A DNA stretch of 22,544 nt from an uncultured virus (IMG/VR IMGVR_UViG_3300046513_000171) (IMGVR_UViG_3300046513_000171), one strand, 5' to 3'. Positions 6,742-13,512 are shown, counted from the first letter of the stretch. The notes: generated from the sequence alone by a model not told the origin. Translations and numbers: made by a program.

Positions 6742-7202
6742 CAATCACCTCCTGGCAAGTGGCAGCACGCATACAAGGCGGCCGCCTGTTTGAGCAATAG
6801 CTGGCGCCGACTCGTGCGAATCGTGCGTTTGCCACTACTTGTGGTGACACGCTGAGACGTTATTTCATCGTCACCGCATCGCGCCGCCTTTTCGAGCAAT
6901 TCGGAAATTTCCGAACTGTAGTCATACCGGCCTGTCTCGCCGATGAGTTCATCCGTCAGCGCATCGCGCATCTCGACATACGCGCCGCCTTTCGGAAATT
7001 TCCGAAAGGCTGTCAGCGCCCGCTGTCTGTCCGCACCACGATATAGCGCGGACCACGAACCATTACCCGTGCGCCAGAAAACGCAGTAACGCGCACGGTG
7101 CACGTCAAACGGACGCGCATGCCCGTACACTTTCGGATACGCGCCGCCAACCTGCGAACCGATCGCAGAGAGTGCGCGCGACACGTCGCGCAAGTCTTCC
7201 AT
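6741..7202 (-). CDS. Hypothetical phage protein, 153 aa, with two internal palindrome copies
   Basis: GGAG SD upstream; palindromes translated as RKFP and SEISE. Confidence 0.75.
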   Translation of the reverse strand: MEDLRDVSRALSAIGSQVGGAYPKVYGHARPFDVHRARYCVFWRTGNGSWSALYRGADRQRALTAFRKFPKGGAYVEMRDALTDELIGETGRYDYSSEISELLEKAARCGDDEITSQRVTTSSGKRTIRTSRRQLLLKQAAALYACCHLPGGD

Positions 7203-7275
7203 AGTCAGAACTCCGAACGATCAGACGATAGCGACGCGCGCTATCGTGTGTACGCTCAGTGAGTCAAGGCAAAGT

Positions 7276-7299
7276 GGCGCGCGGTACGTACCGCGCGCC
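7276..7299. repeat. 24-bp perfect GC-rich palindrome GGCGCGCGGTACGTACCGCGCGCC (possible terminator or processing hairpin)
   Basis: Directly visible, 14 nt after the stop of 7314-8102; second hairpin ACGATAGCG/CGCTATCGT at 7225-7247. Confidence 0.6.
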
Positions 7300-7313
7300 C
7301 GGCGATGAGTGGC

Positions 7314-8102
7314 TTACTCTGCATCGCCGGTTTGCGTGACAGGTGCGGGCAGGTCCACGCCGACAACGCTTGCAACACTGGCGCGCAACACGTTCAATTC
7401 ACCTGCCCACGCTGCGAGCGTATCGGAATCAAGCGAAGCGGCATTTACCGCAGCGTCGCTAAGCGCGTTCGCAATGATGCTCATACGGTCAAGCGTCGCT
7501 GCAATGTCAGCGGCGCGTGAAGTCGCTTGTGCTACTTGCTCAGCACGCGCGGTTTGCTCTGCATCCGGTGCGCCAGTCAGACCAACGTTCCCCGCGGGCG
7601 TGGATTCGACGGCGGCCTTTTCAGGGGCATCCTTCTTAGGCTGGAGGGCCTGGAGGGACGCAAACCCGCTGACGTTACGCAGGTCGGCAAGCTTGCCTGC
7701 TTCGATAGCCTTTGCGCACAGACGAAAAATCTTGAGCGCGTATTCACGGCGCTTGTCCTTCGAGTCTGCCCACGCATCGCGCACGATACCGCGCGCGGCC
7801 TCATCCCCCATATGCAGGAAGAGCGCGACGGACGACAGGAAGAACCGGCCCTGCGACGCTTCAAAGGCGTTCCCGTCCGCGATAAAGATATCGCGTGCTG
7901 TCGCCTCGTCCTGGAAGAGCGCTGCCACTTTGCCGACAGGTGAGAGAGCGCTGTAATGTGCGCGGGCATCACGAGGGAGTGCGGCGCGTACAGCGTCGAT
8001 TGCGGCATGTTCCGTGCTGACAGCGTGCGATGCTGCGACCGTACCGAACGTAGCGAAGACATTGTTGGCTTTGGCAACGACGTTAGCGGAAAGGGCTTTC
8101 AT
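7314..8102 (-). CDS. Hypothetical Ala-rich protein, 262 aa; first gene of the leftward cluster
   Basis: GAGG SD; long ORF co-oriented with the cluster. Confidence 0.8.
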   Translation of the reverse strand: MKALSANVVAKANNVFATFGTVAASHAVSTEHAAIDAVRAALPRDARAHYSALSPVGKVAALFQDEATARDIFIADGNAFEASQGRFFLSSVALFLHMGDEAARGIVRDAWADSKDKRREYALKIFRLCAKAIEAGKLADLRNVSGFASLQALQPKKDAPEKAAVESTPAGNVGLTGAPDAEQTARAEQVAQATSRAADIAATLDRMSIIANALSDAAVNAASLDSDTLAAWAGELNVLRASVASVVGVDLPAPVTQTGDAE

Positions 8103-8439
8103 GGTGAAACCTCACAAGAGAGAGTAGGGAAACGTCCCCAGGCGTCGCGCCGCTTGGCGCTACACATCTACTACAACAACGAACTACAGGACGAACAATA
8201 CCAGATTAATCGTGCTATTGATAATAACCTTAGATAAATTAAGGGTATTTCGTGTGCGTAGCTGCTGCGAAACGCAATGCACAATGGGGTTTTTAACAGG
8301 GTGTAACGCTTACTGGGTAAGGCTTAGTGCGCTTTAGCGTGGAGCGCTGCATTGTGCGATGCAACAATTAGTGTGTTACCGCACACAAGGGAGTGCCAGG
8401 GAGTAGGAAGGACGGGCAGACCGGTCGTGCGGCCGCACA

Positions 8440-8460
8440 GGGTGGCGTACCGTTTTTCGC
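8440..8460 (+). other. Candidate cos (cohesive end) site GGGTGGCGTACC followed by GTTTTTCGC
   Basis: Resembles recalled lambda (GGGCGGCGACCT) and N15 (GGGCGGCGTCCG) 12-nt ends; lies in the divergent intergenic region upstream of the terS-like gene; terminase is GpA-type. Confidence 0.35.
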
Positions 8461-8542
8461 CGACGGGCGCGCGGGGCCGGTAACCTCCCCCCTCCAAAAA
8501 AATTGCTCTAGAAAAATCCCCTAGCTTTCAATTTCATTACAC

Positions 8543-8571
8543 TTGACATTCACTCCCCATAAATCTACAGT
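8543..8571 (+). promoter_or_regulatory. Sigma70-type promoter TTGACA-17-TACAGT
   Basis: Perfect -35, 17-bp spacer, 4/6 -10, AT-rich upstream; expected +1 coincides with ATG 8578. Confidence 0.75.
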
Positions 8572-8577
8572 CTCGCC

Positions 8578-9024
8578 ATGAAATTCTCCGACGACAACCT
8601 GTTCGATGAAGAGCCCGAGCTGCACCGCGTCGATTCGCGTGCGCAAGGGGTGATCGACATGATCAAGGAGCTGTCCGCCGAGGACCAGCTGCTGGTCATG
8701 ATGGCCACGCGCGCCATGAACCCGGTGCGCGCCGAGGACATCGACCTCGAACAGGAGATCGCCGAGCAGCTGCGCGCGGCCCAGTTCCTGATGACGGAAG
8801 TGCTCACCAGCAAGGCCAACACGACCAGCAAGACGAGCGCCCTGTCGGCCGTCTCGCGCGCGATCAAGCAGCTCACCGACCTGCAGGCGAAGACGTACAA
8901 CATCAACCGGCTGCGCGCACTGGAGAAGGCTCTCGTGACGACGCTGCACGGCCACCCGGATGGCGACGCGCTGCTCGCGCAGTGGCGCTCGACGTTCCAG
9001 CGCATGGTCCAGGCGGGCGTATGA
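8578..9024 (+). CDS. Helical phage protein, 148 aa; possible terminase small subunit
   Basis: Strong GC3-biased ORF; size, helical character and position next to the cos-like site suggest TerS, but no diagnostic motif. Confidence 0.45.
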   Translation: MKFSDDNLFDEEPELHRVDSRAQGVIDMIKELSAEDQLLVMMATRAMNPVRAEDIDLEQEIAEQLRAAQFLMTEVLTSKANTTSKTSALSAVSRAIKQLTDLQAKTYNINRLRALEKALVTTLHGHPDGDALLAQWRSTFQRMVQAGV

Positions 9025-9227
9025 CGCGAACGATTCACAACTGGCGTGTCGACTTTGCCAATGACTACCACTTCGTCGTGGTTGGCGATCAGCGCGACCT
9101 CTCACGCTACCTGCGCGTCGCTCACGACTTCGGCCATACGAGGATCATCCGCGCGTGGCGCGATGACGCTCCCGTGGACCTGCTACTCGACTTCCACAGC
9201 TGCGGCGTAACGGTGACCGAGAGATGA
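9021..9227 (+). CDS. Hypothetical protein, 68 aa (MTRTIHNWRVDF...)
   Basis: ATGA overlaps with both neighbours. Confidence 0.7.
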   Translation: MTRTIHNWRVDFANDYHFVVVGDQRDLSRYLRVAHDFGHTRIIRAWRDDAPVDLLLDFHSCGVTVTER

Positions 9228-9427
9228 ACGAGACCGAACTCAGCCTGCAGCGCGGGCTCACCACCCCCGAAGAGACGCTGCGCTTCTATGAGCAGCTCGC
9301 GATCCTCGATGGCGACCACAAGCGCGCCAAGGGCCTCGCCGACCGTATCGCCGCCAACCATTACCGCGTCCTGCTCGGCGACGCGTTCTTCCGTCGCCTG
9401 CACAACACATGGACATCCGGCCTATGA
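9224..9427 (+). CDS. Hypothetical protein, 67 aa
   Basis: ATGA overlaps with both neighbours; GC3-biased. Confidence 0.75.
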   Translation: MNETELSLQRGLTTPEETLRFYEQLAILDGDHKRAKGLADRIAANHYRVLLGDAFFRRLHNTWTSGL

Positions 9428-9756
9428 CCAAGCCACCCAGCAAGCCCACCAGACGCCACTACCCGCCCCGCGCGATCGGCGTCATCTCGGTACCCATCGC
9501 CCTCATACGCAGCATTTCCGAGCGCACGGGCATCGCCGAGGACGTGGTGCGCGTGGTGCTCGTCACCGCCCTCGAAGAAATCAAGACGGCCGCCCGCACC
9601 ACGCGCGTGACCTTCCGCAACTTCGGCACGTTCCAGTCGACCACGTACAAGGGCACCACGCGCGCGATGCCCAGCGACCCGAGCACACCCATTACCTTTC
9701 CCACCCGCCGCCGGCTGGTCCTCAAATCCGTGTCAGAACCAGAGGCGGATCAGTGA
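9424..9756 (+). CDS. HU/IHF-like histone-like DNA-binding protein, 110 aa
   Basis: LIRSISERTGI...VTFRNFGTF...P..ITFPTRRRLVLK matches the HU/IHF pattern; start moved to ATG 9424 (ATGA overlap). Confidence 0.8.
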   Translation: MTKPPSKPTRRHYPPRAIGVISVPIALIRSISERTGIAEDVVRVVLVTALEEIKTAARTTRVTFRNFGTFQSTTYKGTTRAMPSDPSTPITFPTRRRLVLKSVSEPEADQ

Positions 9757-9959
9757 TGGCGGCCTACGTGAAGGCGGGCGCCACGCTCTCCATCGAGATG
9801 CACCGTACCGACGGCACCAAGGTGACCCGGCAAGCCTACCTGATGCGCTTTGCCGGTCCCGAATCGCCTCACCTTCGCCGCGGCGAGGCCGAGGTGACGT
9901 GGGCCGACATGACCACCGAGATCGTGAAGATCGGCGATATCCCGGTACGTCAGCGTTAG
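9756..9959 (+). CDS. Hypothetical protein, 67 aa (MAAYVKAGATLSIEMH...)
   Basis: TGATG overlap, GAGG SD; C-terminal part of track ORF 9288-9959. Confidence 0.7.
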   Translation: MAAYVKAGATLSIEMHRTDGTKVTRQAYLMRFAGPESPHLRRGEAEVTWADMTTEIVKIGDIPVRQR

Positions 9960-9979
9960 TCCCTACGCGTTTTACGAAG

Positions 9980-10015
9980 AAAACGCCCGGATTTCAGCCA
10001 GATCCGGGCGTTTTT
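9980..10015. terminator. Intrinsic terminator, probably bidirectional
   Basis: AAAACGCCCGGAT / ATCCGGGCGTTTT arms with flanking A and T tracts. Confidence 0.85.
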
Positions 10016-10132
10016 CATTCAAAATCACAGCAACACGCCTCAAGAGCGGTGTGAAAGCGCACACAAAGCGCTATAAAAGTAGACAGACCCGGCCATACGG
10101 GCAGTCCCACCACCTGACCAGTGAGTATCCCC

Positions 10133-10309
10133 ATGATCGCAGACAAGACCACCTATACGCCCTGCCCGTGCGGTTGCCATGCCCGCGCACAGGCACACCT
10201 GAACCAGTACGCTGCCACACAGCCCCGCAGAACCCGATGTGCAGTCCGATGGCTGCTCATGGCGACGTCAATCGGGGCATTGATGCAGGCAGCCGTGACG
10301 CTGCTCTGA
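10133..10309 (+). CDS. Possible small membrane protein, 58 aa, with CPCGC motif
   Basis: ORF with hydrophobic C-terminus; weak SD. Confidence 0.35.
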   Translation: MIADKTTYTPCPCGCHARAQAHLNQYAATQPRRTRCAVRWLLMATSIGALMQAAVTLL

Positions 10310-10311
10310 GG

Positions 10312-10367
10312 CACACATATACACCCATACGCATATGCGCCCATACGTACATATAGGCGCATATGCC
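10312..10367. promoter_or_regulatory. CATA-repeat tract upstream of parA; candidate centromere/operator for the RHH protein
   Basis: CATA at 10316, 10326, 10332, 10342, 10350, 10360; CCCATACG at 10324 and 10340; palindrome CGCATATGCG at 10330-10339; position typical of type Ib par centromeres. Confidence 0.55.
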
Positions 10368-10444
10368 AGTCAGCATTGACACGGTTAACCTCCTATACTT
10401 CGTGGCGTAGTCCCCTACAACCCCACACGAACACCGGAGTAACC

Positions 10445-11113
10445 ATGCTGATAGCCGTCGCCACCCGCAAGGGCGGGGTGGGCAAGACCACTATTGCCAC
10501 CAATCTGGCCGTGCGCCGGGCGCAGGACTCGCCCGACGTCCACCTCGTCGATGCCGACCGCGATGAGTACGCGCACATGTTCGGACTGACGCGCCGCGAG
10601 AACAACATCACGCCGACCATCAGCCTGTCCAAAATGACGGGCAACATTTACCCCGACCTGATCGCCGCGCGCGCCGCGCACGAGACCGTGATCGTCGACG
10701 TCGGCGGCAAGCAGGCGCCCGAGATCGTCTACGCGGTGGGCGCCTGCGACGTGCTGGTGCTCCCGGTACGCGCCGGTCAGTACGACGCGTGGTCGCTGCA
10801 GGCTGCCGCGCGCATGGTCAGCGAGATGCGCGCGAACGGCAAGACCTTCCGCATCGTCCCCGTGATGAACGCGATCCCGCCGGAGAAGAACAGCTCGCTC
10901 ACGCGCATGATCGAGGCCGAGCTGAAGACGCTCACGGAGATCTTCGGCGAGCCCAGGGTGCGCATCGTCGAGCGCGTGGCGTTCGTGACCGCCTCGATCG
11001 GCGGCAAGGGCGTGTGCGAGCTGAAGCGCGGGCGCGACACGGCGTCGGCTATCGACGAGATGGAAGCGCTGTACCGGGAGGTGTTCGGTACCGTCGCGCC
11101 CGCGCGCGCGTGA
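10445..11113 (+). CDS. parA: ParA/ParF-type partition ATPase (type Ib, no N-terminal HTH), 222 aa
   Basis: Deviant Walker A KGGVGKTT at the N-terminus, LVDAD, VIVDVGG; start moved to ATG 10445 after GGAG. Confidence 0.93.
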   Translation: MLIAVATRKGGVGKTTIATNLAVRRAQDSPDVHLVDADRDEYAHMFGLTRRENNITPTISLSKMTGNIYPDLIAARAAHETVIVDVGGKQAPEIVYAVGACDVLVLPVRAGQYDAWSLQAAARMVSEMRANGKTFRIVPVMNAIPPEKNSSLTRMIEAELKTLTEIFGEPRVRIVERVAFVTASIGGKGVCELKRGRDTASAIDEMEALYREVFGTVAPARA

Positions 11114-11145
11114 TAACAGAAAACCCCCGTTTAAGGAGAATTTTT

Positions 11146-11412
11146 ATGACCAAGCCAGCAGCGTTCAGCGCGGTACCCGACGCGATCGAGCGGATGGCGC
11201 GCGAGGCAGCAGGGGAGAGCGAGGCGCCGACACAGGGCGGCCGCAAGCTCCCCGTGAAGGCCTCGACCAAGGCCATGAGCGTGAACATGCCCAAGGACGT
11301 CTACGACCGGCTGCGGGACTTCTGGAAGCTCACCGACATCCCCATGACCGACGTGATCGTGCAGGGGACGATCAAGGAGCTGGCCCGCCTGTCGAAAGAA
11401 CACGGCGTCTGA
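11146..11412 (+). CDS. ParG-like ribbon-helix-helix centromere-binding protein, 88 aa
   Basis: TAAGGAG SD; flexible N-terminus then AMSVNMPKDVYDRLRDF..TDIPMTDVI (RHH pattern); directly after parA. Confidence 0.8.
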   Translation: MTKPAAFSAVPDAIERMAREAAGESEAPTQGGRKLPVKASTKAMSVNMPKDVYDRLRDFWKLTDIPMTDVIVQGTIKELARLSKEHGV

Positions 11413-11862
11413 AACGCAACTAGCTGTCTGCCACCCCAAACGGGGACGAACAGACCGCTAGTTGCCTTTTCTGCAAAACCGCTTTTCAGGGGTAGGTGGT
11501 CCACCCGCGCCCGCCTGGGGACAGCCGGGTTGCCCACACTGGCGTGTGGACAATCGGCGAGCCGATTCCCCGCCTGACCACAGGCTCCCCACGAGCTTCG
11601 CCCTTCGGGCCTGACGCGCGCTTCGCGCTTGCCCCAGTGAGAGAGAAAGTCAAAATTCGAACCCCCGAAACCGTCGGTTAACCAACAATAAGAAAGGAGG
11701 TTCGTCCAGACCGCTGTAAGTCACTGTAAACGTTGGAAAATTCCGTCCCCGAAAGGGGTCACAGATGTCCCGAATAGGGGACACTGGAGTCACCATTGCG
11801 TAGAGGTGGATCAATGGTCTATAGTCCTGTCAAGGGACATCGACGTCCTTCTATGTGACAGG
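11413..11862. promoter_or_regulatory. Probable plasmid oriV / rep control region
   Basis: About 450 bp non-coding before rep; three imperfect palindromes GGG(A/T)C-N6-GTC(C/A)(C/T) at 11756, 11778, 11834. Confidence 0.65.
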
Positions 11863-12393
11863 ATGCAGCAGGTGAGGAACGCGAATTTGCCCGAATTGGG
11901 GACGCCCGAGACACACAAGCCTGACTTGGGTGGCTGGCTTCAAGTGGAGAAAAAGACCTTGCGCGCTATTACGCAACTCACCGTCAAGCACCCAGTCGCA
12001 GCCGGGATGCTGCACTTGCTGGCAAGCAAGATGAGCCGCACAAACGCGGTCGTTCTGAGCCATAAGGCCATTGCCGAAGAGCTGGGTGTCGTCGAGCGCA
12101 GCGTCAAGCGGGCGCTCGTGATCTTACGCGAAGGCAATTGGGTCGAGGTGCTCAAGGTCGGGACGACCAACGCGTACCGGATCAACTCGCGCGTCTACTG
12201 GCAAGGCGAACGCGGCAAACGGTTCGCCAGCTTCTACGCGGCGGTGTCGGTGCGTGAGGATGAGCAAGACCCGGGCGTCGTGGACAACCACGAACCGCTG
12301 CATCAGATCCCCGTTGCCGCGCCCGACGAGCGCGTTCTGGTGGGCAACGAACCGCTCGACCCTCCAGACCAGCAGGAGCTGTTTCTAGCATGA
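11863..12393 (+). CDS. rep: Plasmid replication initiator of the pBBR1 Rep / RepL-like HTH type; start uncertain (11806-11872)
   Basis: GWLQVEKK..HPVAAGMLHLLASKMSRTNAVVLSHKAIAEELG..RSVKRAL..L..GNW..AYRINSRVYW..FYAAVSV aligns by eye with recalled pBBR1 Rep (HWVQTERK..PTAAMLLHHLVAQMGHQNAVVVSQKTL..AYVVNDRVAW..FSAAVVV). Confidence 0.85.
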   Translation: MQQVRNANLPELGTPETHKPDLGGWLQVEKKTLRAITQLTVKHPVAAGMLHLLASKMSRTNAVVLSHKAIAEELGVVERSVKRALVILREGNWVEVLKVGTTNAYRINSRVYWQGERGKRFASFYAAVSVREDEQDPGVVDNHEPLHQIPVAAPDERVLVGNEPLDPPDQQELFLA

Positions 12394-12536
12394 TCGGGAT
12401 CAACGAGGCCGCCATTGACCAGCTCGTCACGAAGCAGGAACTGAAGCTGGCCGTCTCCGAACTCAAAAACACGATATGGGGCGCAGCGTTCAGCATCGTG
12501 CTCGCGCTCGGCATCCTCCAGCACTTCCTGCGCTGA
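12390..12536 (+). CDS. Small membrane-anchored coiled-coil peptide, 48 aa (MIGINEAAIDQLVTKQELKLAVSELKNTIWGAAFSIVLALGILQHFLR), miniature DUF1640-like
   Basis: Translated by hand; AGGAG SD; ATGA overlap with the rep stop. Confidence 0.7.
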   Translation: MIGINEAAIDQLVTKQELKLAVSELKNTIWGAAFSIVLALGILQHFLR

Positions 12537-12563
12537 CGTTGATAATTCGCTTTATGTAAAATC

Positions 12564-12585
12564 GGCCGCCGCGAAGGTGGCCTTT
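12564..12585 (+). terminator. Possible weak intrinsic terminator after the rep module
   Basis: GGCCGCC-GCGAA-GGTGGCC then TTT. Confidence 0.45.
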
Positions 12586-12590
12586 CATTG

Positions 12591-12619
12591 TCGACTATTG
12601 CTCAGCAGTCCTGCATAAT
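12591..12619 (+). promoter_or_regulatory. Possible sigma70 promoter TCGACT-17-CATAAT
   Basis: Correct spacing, 25 nt upstream of ATG 12645. Confidence 0.45.
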
Positions 12620-12644
12620 CGCGCCAAACCAGACAGGTGCGACC

Positions 12645-13061
12645 ATGACGACGCTCAAATACTCCCCCGGCCTGAAGAACCGCCAGCAGGACGCGATCAC
12701 GACGGAAGTCGGCGCGAACGGCTTCCTGAACTATTACGACGGCGCACAGCCGAACGATCCGACCGTCGCGATCACCACGCAGAACCTGCTCGTGCAGTTC
12801 GCGCTCGGCGCAGCGGTGGGCCCCGCATCGGTGAACGGCGTGCTGACAGCGGCGGCTATCGCCGACGGCGCAGGCAAGGCAGCGGCGGCCAGCGGCAAGA
12901 ACGCGACGTGGTTCAGCCTGACCAAGGCCGACGGCACGCGCGTGGTCGACGGCGGGCTCACGCAGACGGGCGGTGGCGGCGACATCACGATCGACAACCC
13001 GAACATCGCGCAGAACCAGGTGATCTCGGTCACGTCCCTCACCCTCACGAACCCGAACTGA
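12645..13061 (+). CDS. Putative virion structural protein, 138 aa
   Basis: Gly/Ala/Thr-rich beta-type sequence (YYDGAQP..LLVQFAL..ATWFSL..VDG..GGGGDITIDN..I..NQVISVTSLTLT) typical of small phage virion proteins; start moved to ATG 12645. Confidence 0.65.
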   Translation: MTTLKYSPGLKNRQQDAITTEVGANGFLNYYDGAQPNDPTVAITTQNLLVQFALGAAVGPASVNGVLTAAAIADGAGKAAAASGKNATWFSLTKADGTRVVDGGLTQTGGGGDITIDNPNIAQNQVISVTSLTLTNPN

Positions 13062-13068
13062 GGTCGCC

Positions 13069-13512
13069 ATGACCACGCCCATCGAGCGCATCGCGGGGAC
13101 CAACGTCGCCGTCACAGGCGCGAACGCCATCGCCACCAGCACCTACGCGAACGCTGCCGACAGGCTGCGCATCCAGAACACGAACAACTGGCTGCTGGCC
13201 GACTTCCGGCTCACGGGCGTCACGTTCGGCGCGGCGCCCGTGCAGGGCTCGCTCCAGATCGCCAAGGTGCCGCGCGACTTCGCAGGCAACCCAGGCCCCA
13301 CGCCCGTCAACGCGTCGATGGTGCCGCTGCAGGTGTACCCGCTCGGCCCCACGCCCGGCGCAGGCAACGCGGCAACAGGCTGGGTGATGTCGGCTGACGC
13401 CGTGCCGCTCGACCCGGATGCCGACTACTGGCTCTACAACAACAACACCGCGCAGACGCTGGCCGCGGGCTGGACGCTCACCGCGCAGCCGTGGTCGCCG
13501 GGGACGCCGTAA
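13069..13512 (+). CDS. Putative virion structural protein, 147 aa
   Basis: GAGG SD; Thr/Ala/Asn/Gly/Pro-rich, low charge; operonic. Confidence 0.6.
   Translation: MTTPIERIAGTNVAVTGANAIATSTYANAADRLRIQNTNNWLLADFRLTGVTFGAAPVQGSLQIAKVPRDFAGNPGPTPVNASMVPLQVYPLGPTPGAGNAATGWVMSADAVPLDPDADYWLYNNNTAQTLAAGWTLTAQPWSPGTP

Larger units (their letters stand above)
323..7005. repeat. Dispersed perfect 14-bp palindrome TCGGAAATTTCCGA, 16 exact copies
   Basis: Core starts read from the sequence: 323, 639, 928, 1527, 2257, 2746, 3969, 4211, 4979, 5548, 5931, 6133, 6423, 6722, 6901, 6992. Often extended to TTCGGAAATTTCCGAA; 24-bp perfect at 6987-7010. 1-nt insertion variant at 3103-3117; 11/14 variant at 5955-5968. 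Confidence 0.97.

Noticed and set aside
323..7005. Palindromic repeats as a CRISPR array
   Set aside because: The repeat is only 14-16 bp, spacing is irregular (91 to over 1200 bp), the intervals are whole genes and no cas genes are present
7276..7299. Protelomerase target of a linear phage-plasmid
   Set aside because: Short and GC-rich, placed like a post-gene hairpin, and no protelomerase gene is in the window; not excluded elsewhere in the genome
10376..10399. TTGACA...TATACT as the parA promoter
   Set aside because: The spacer is only 12 bp; a promoter is likely nearby but this pairing is not supportable
11733..11746. TTGGAAAATTCCGT as a 17th palindrome copy near oriV
   Set aside because: Only 11/14 and asymmetric, while the true copies are exact; may be chance
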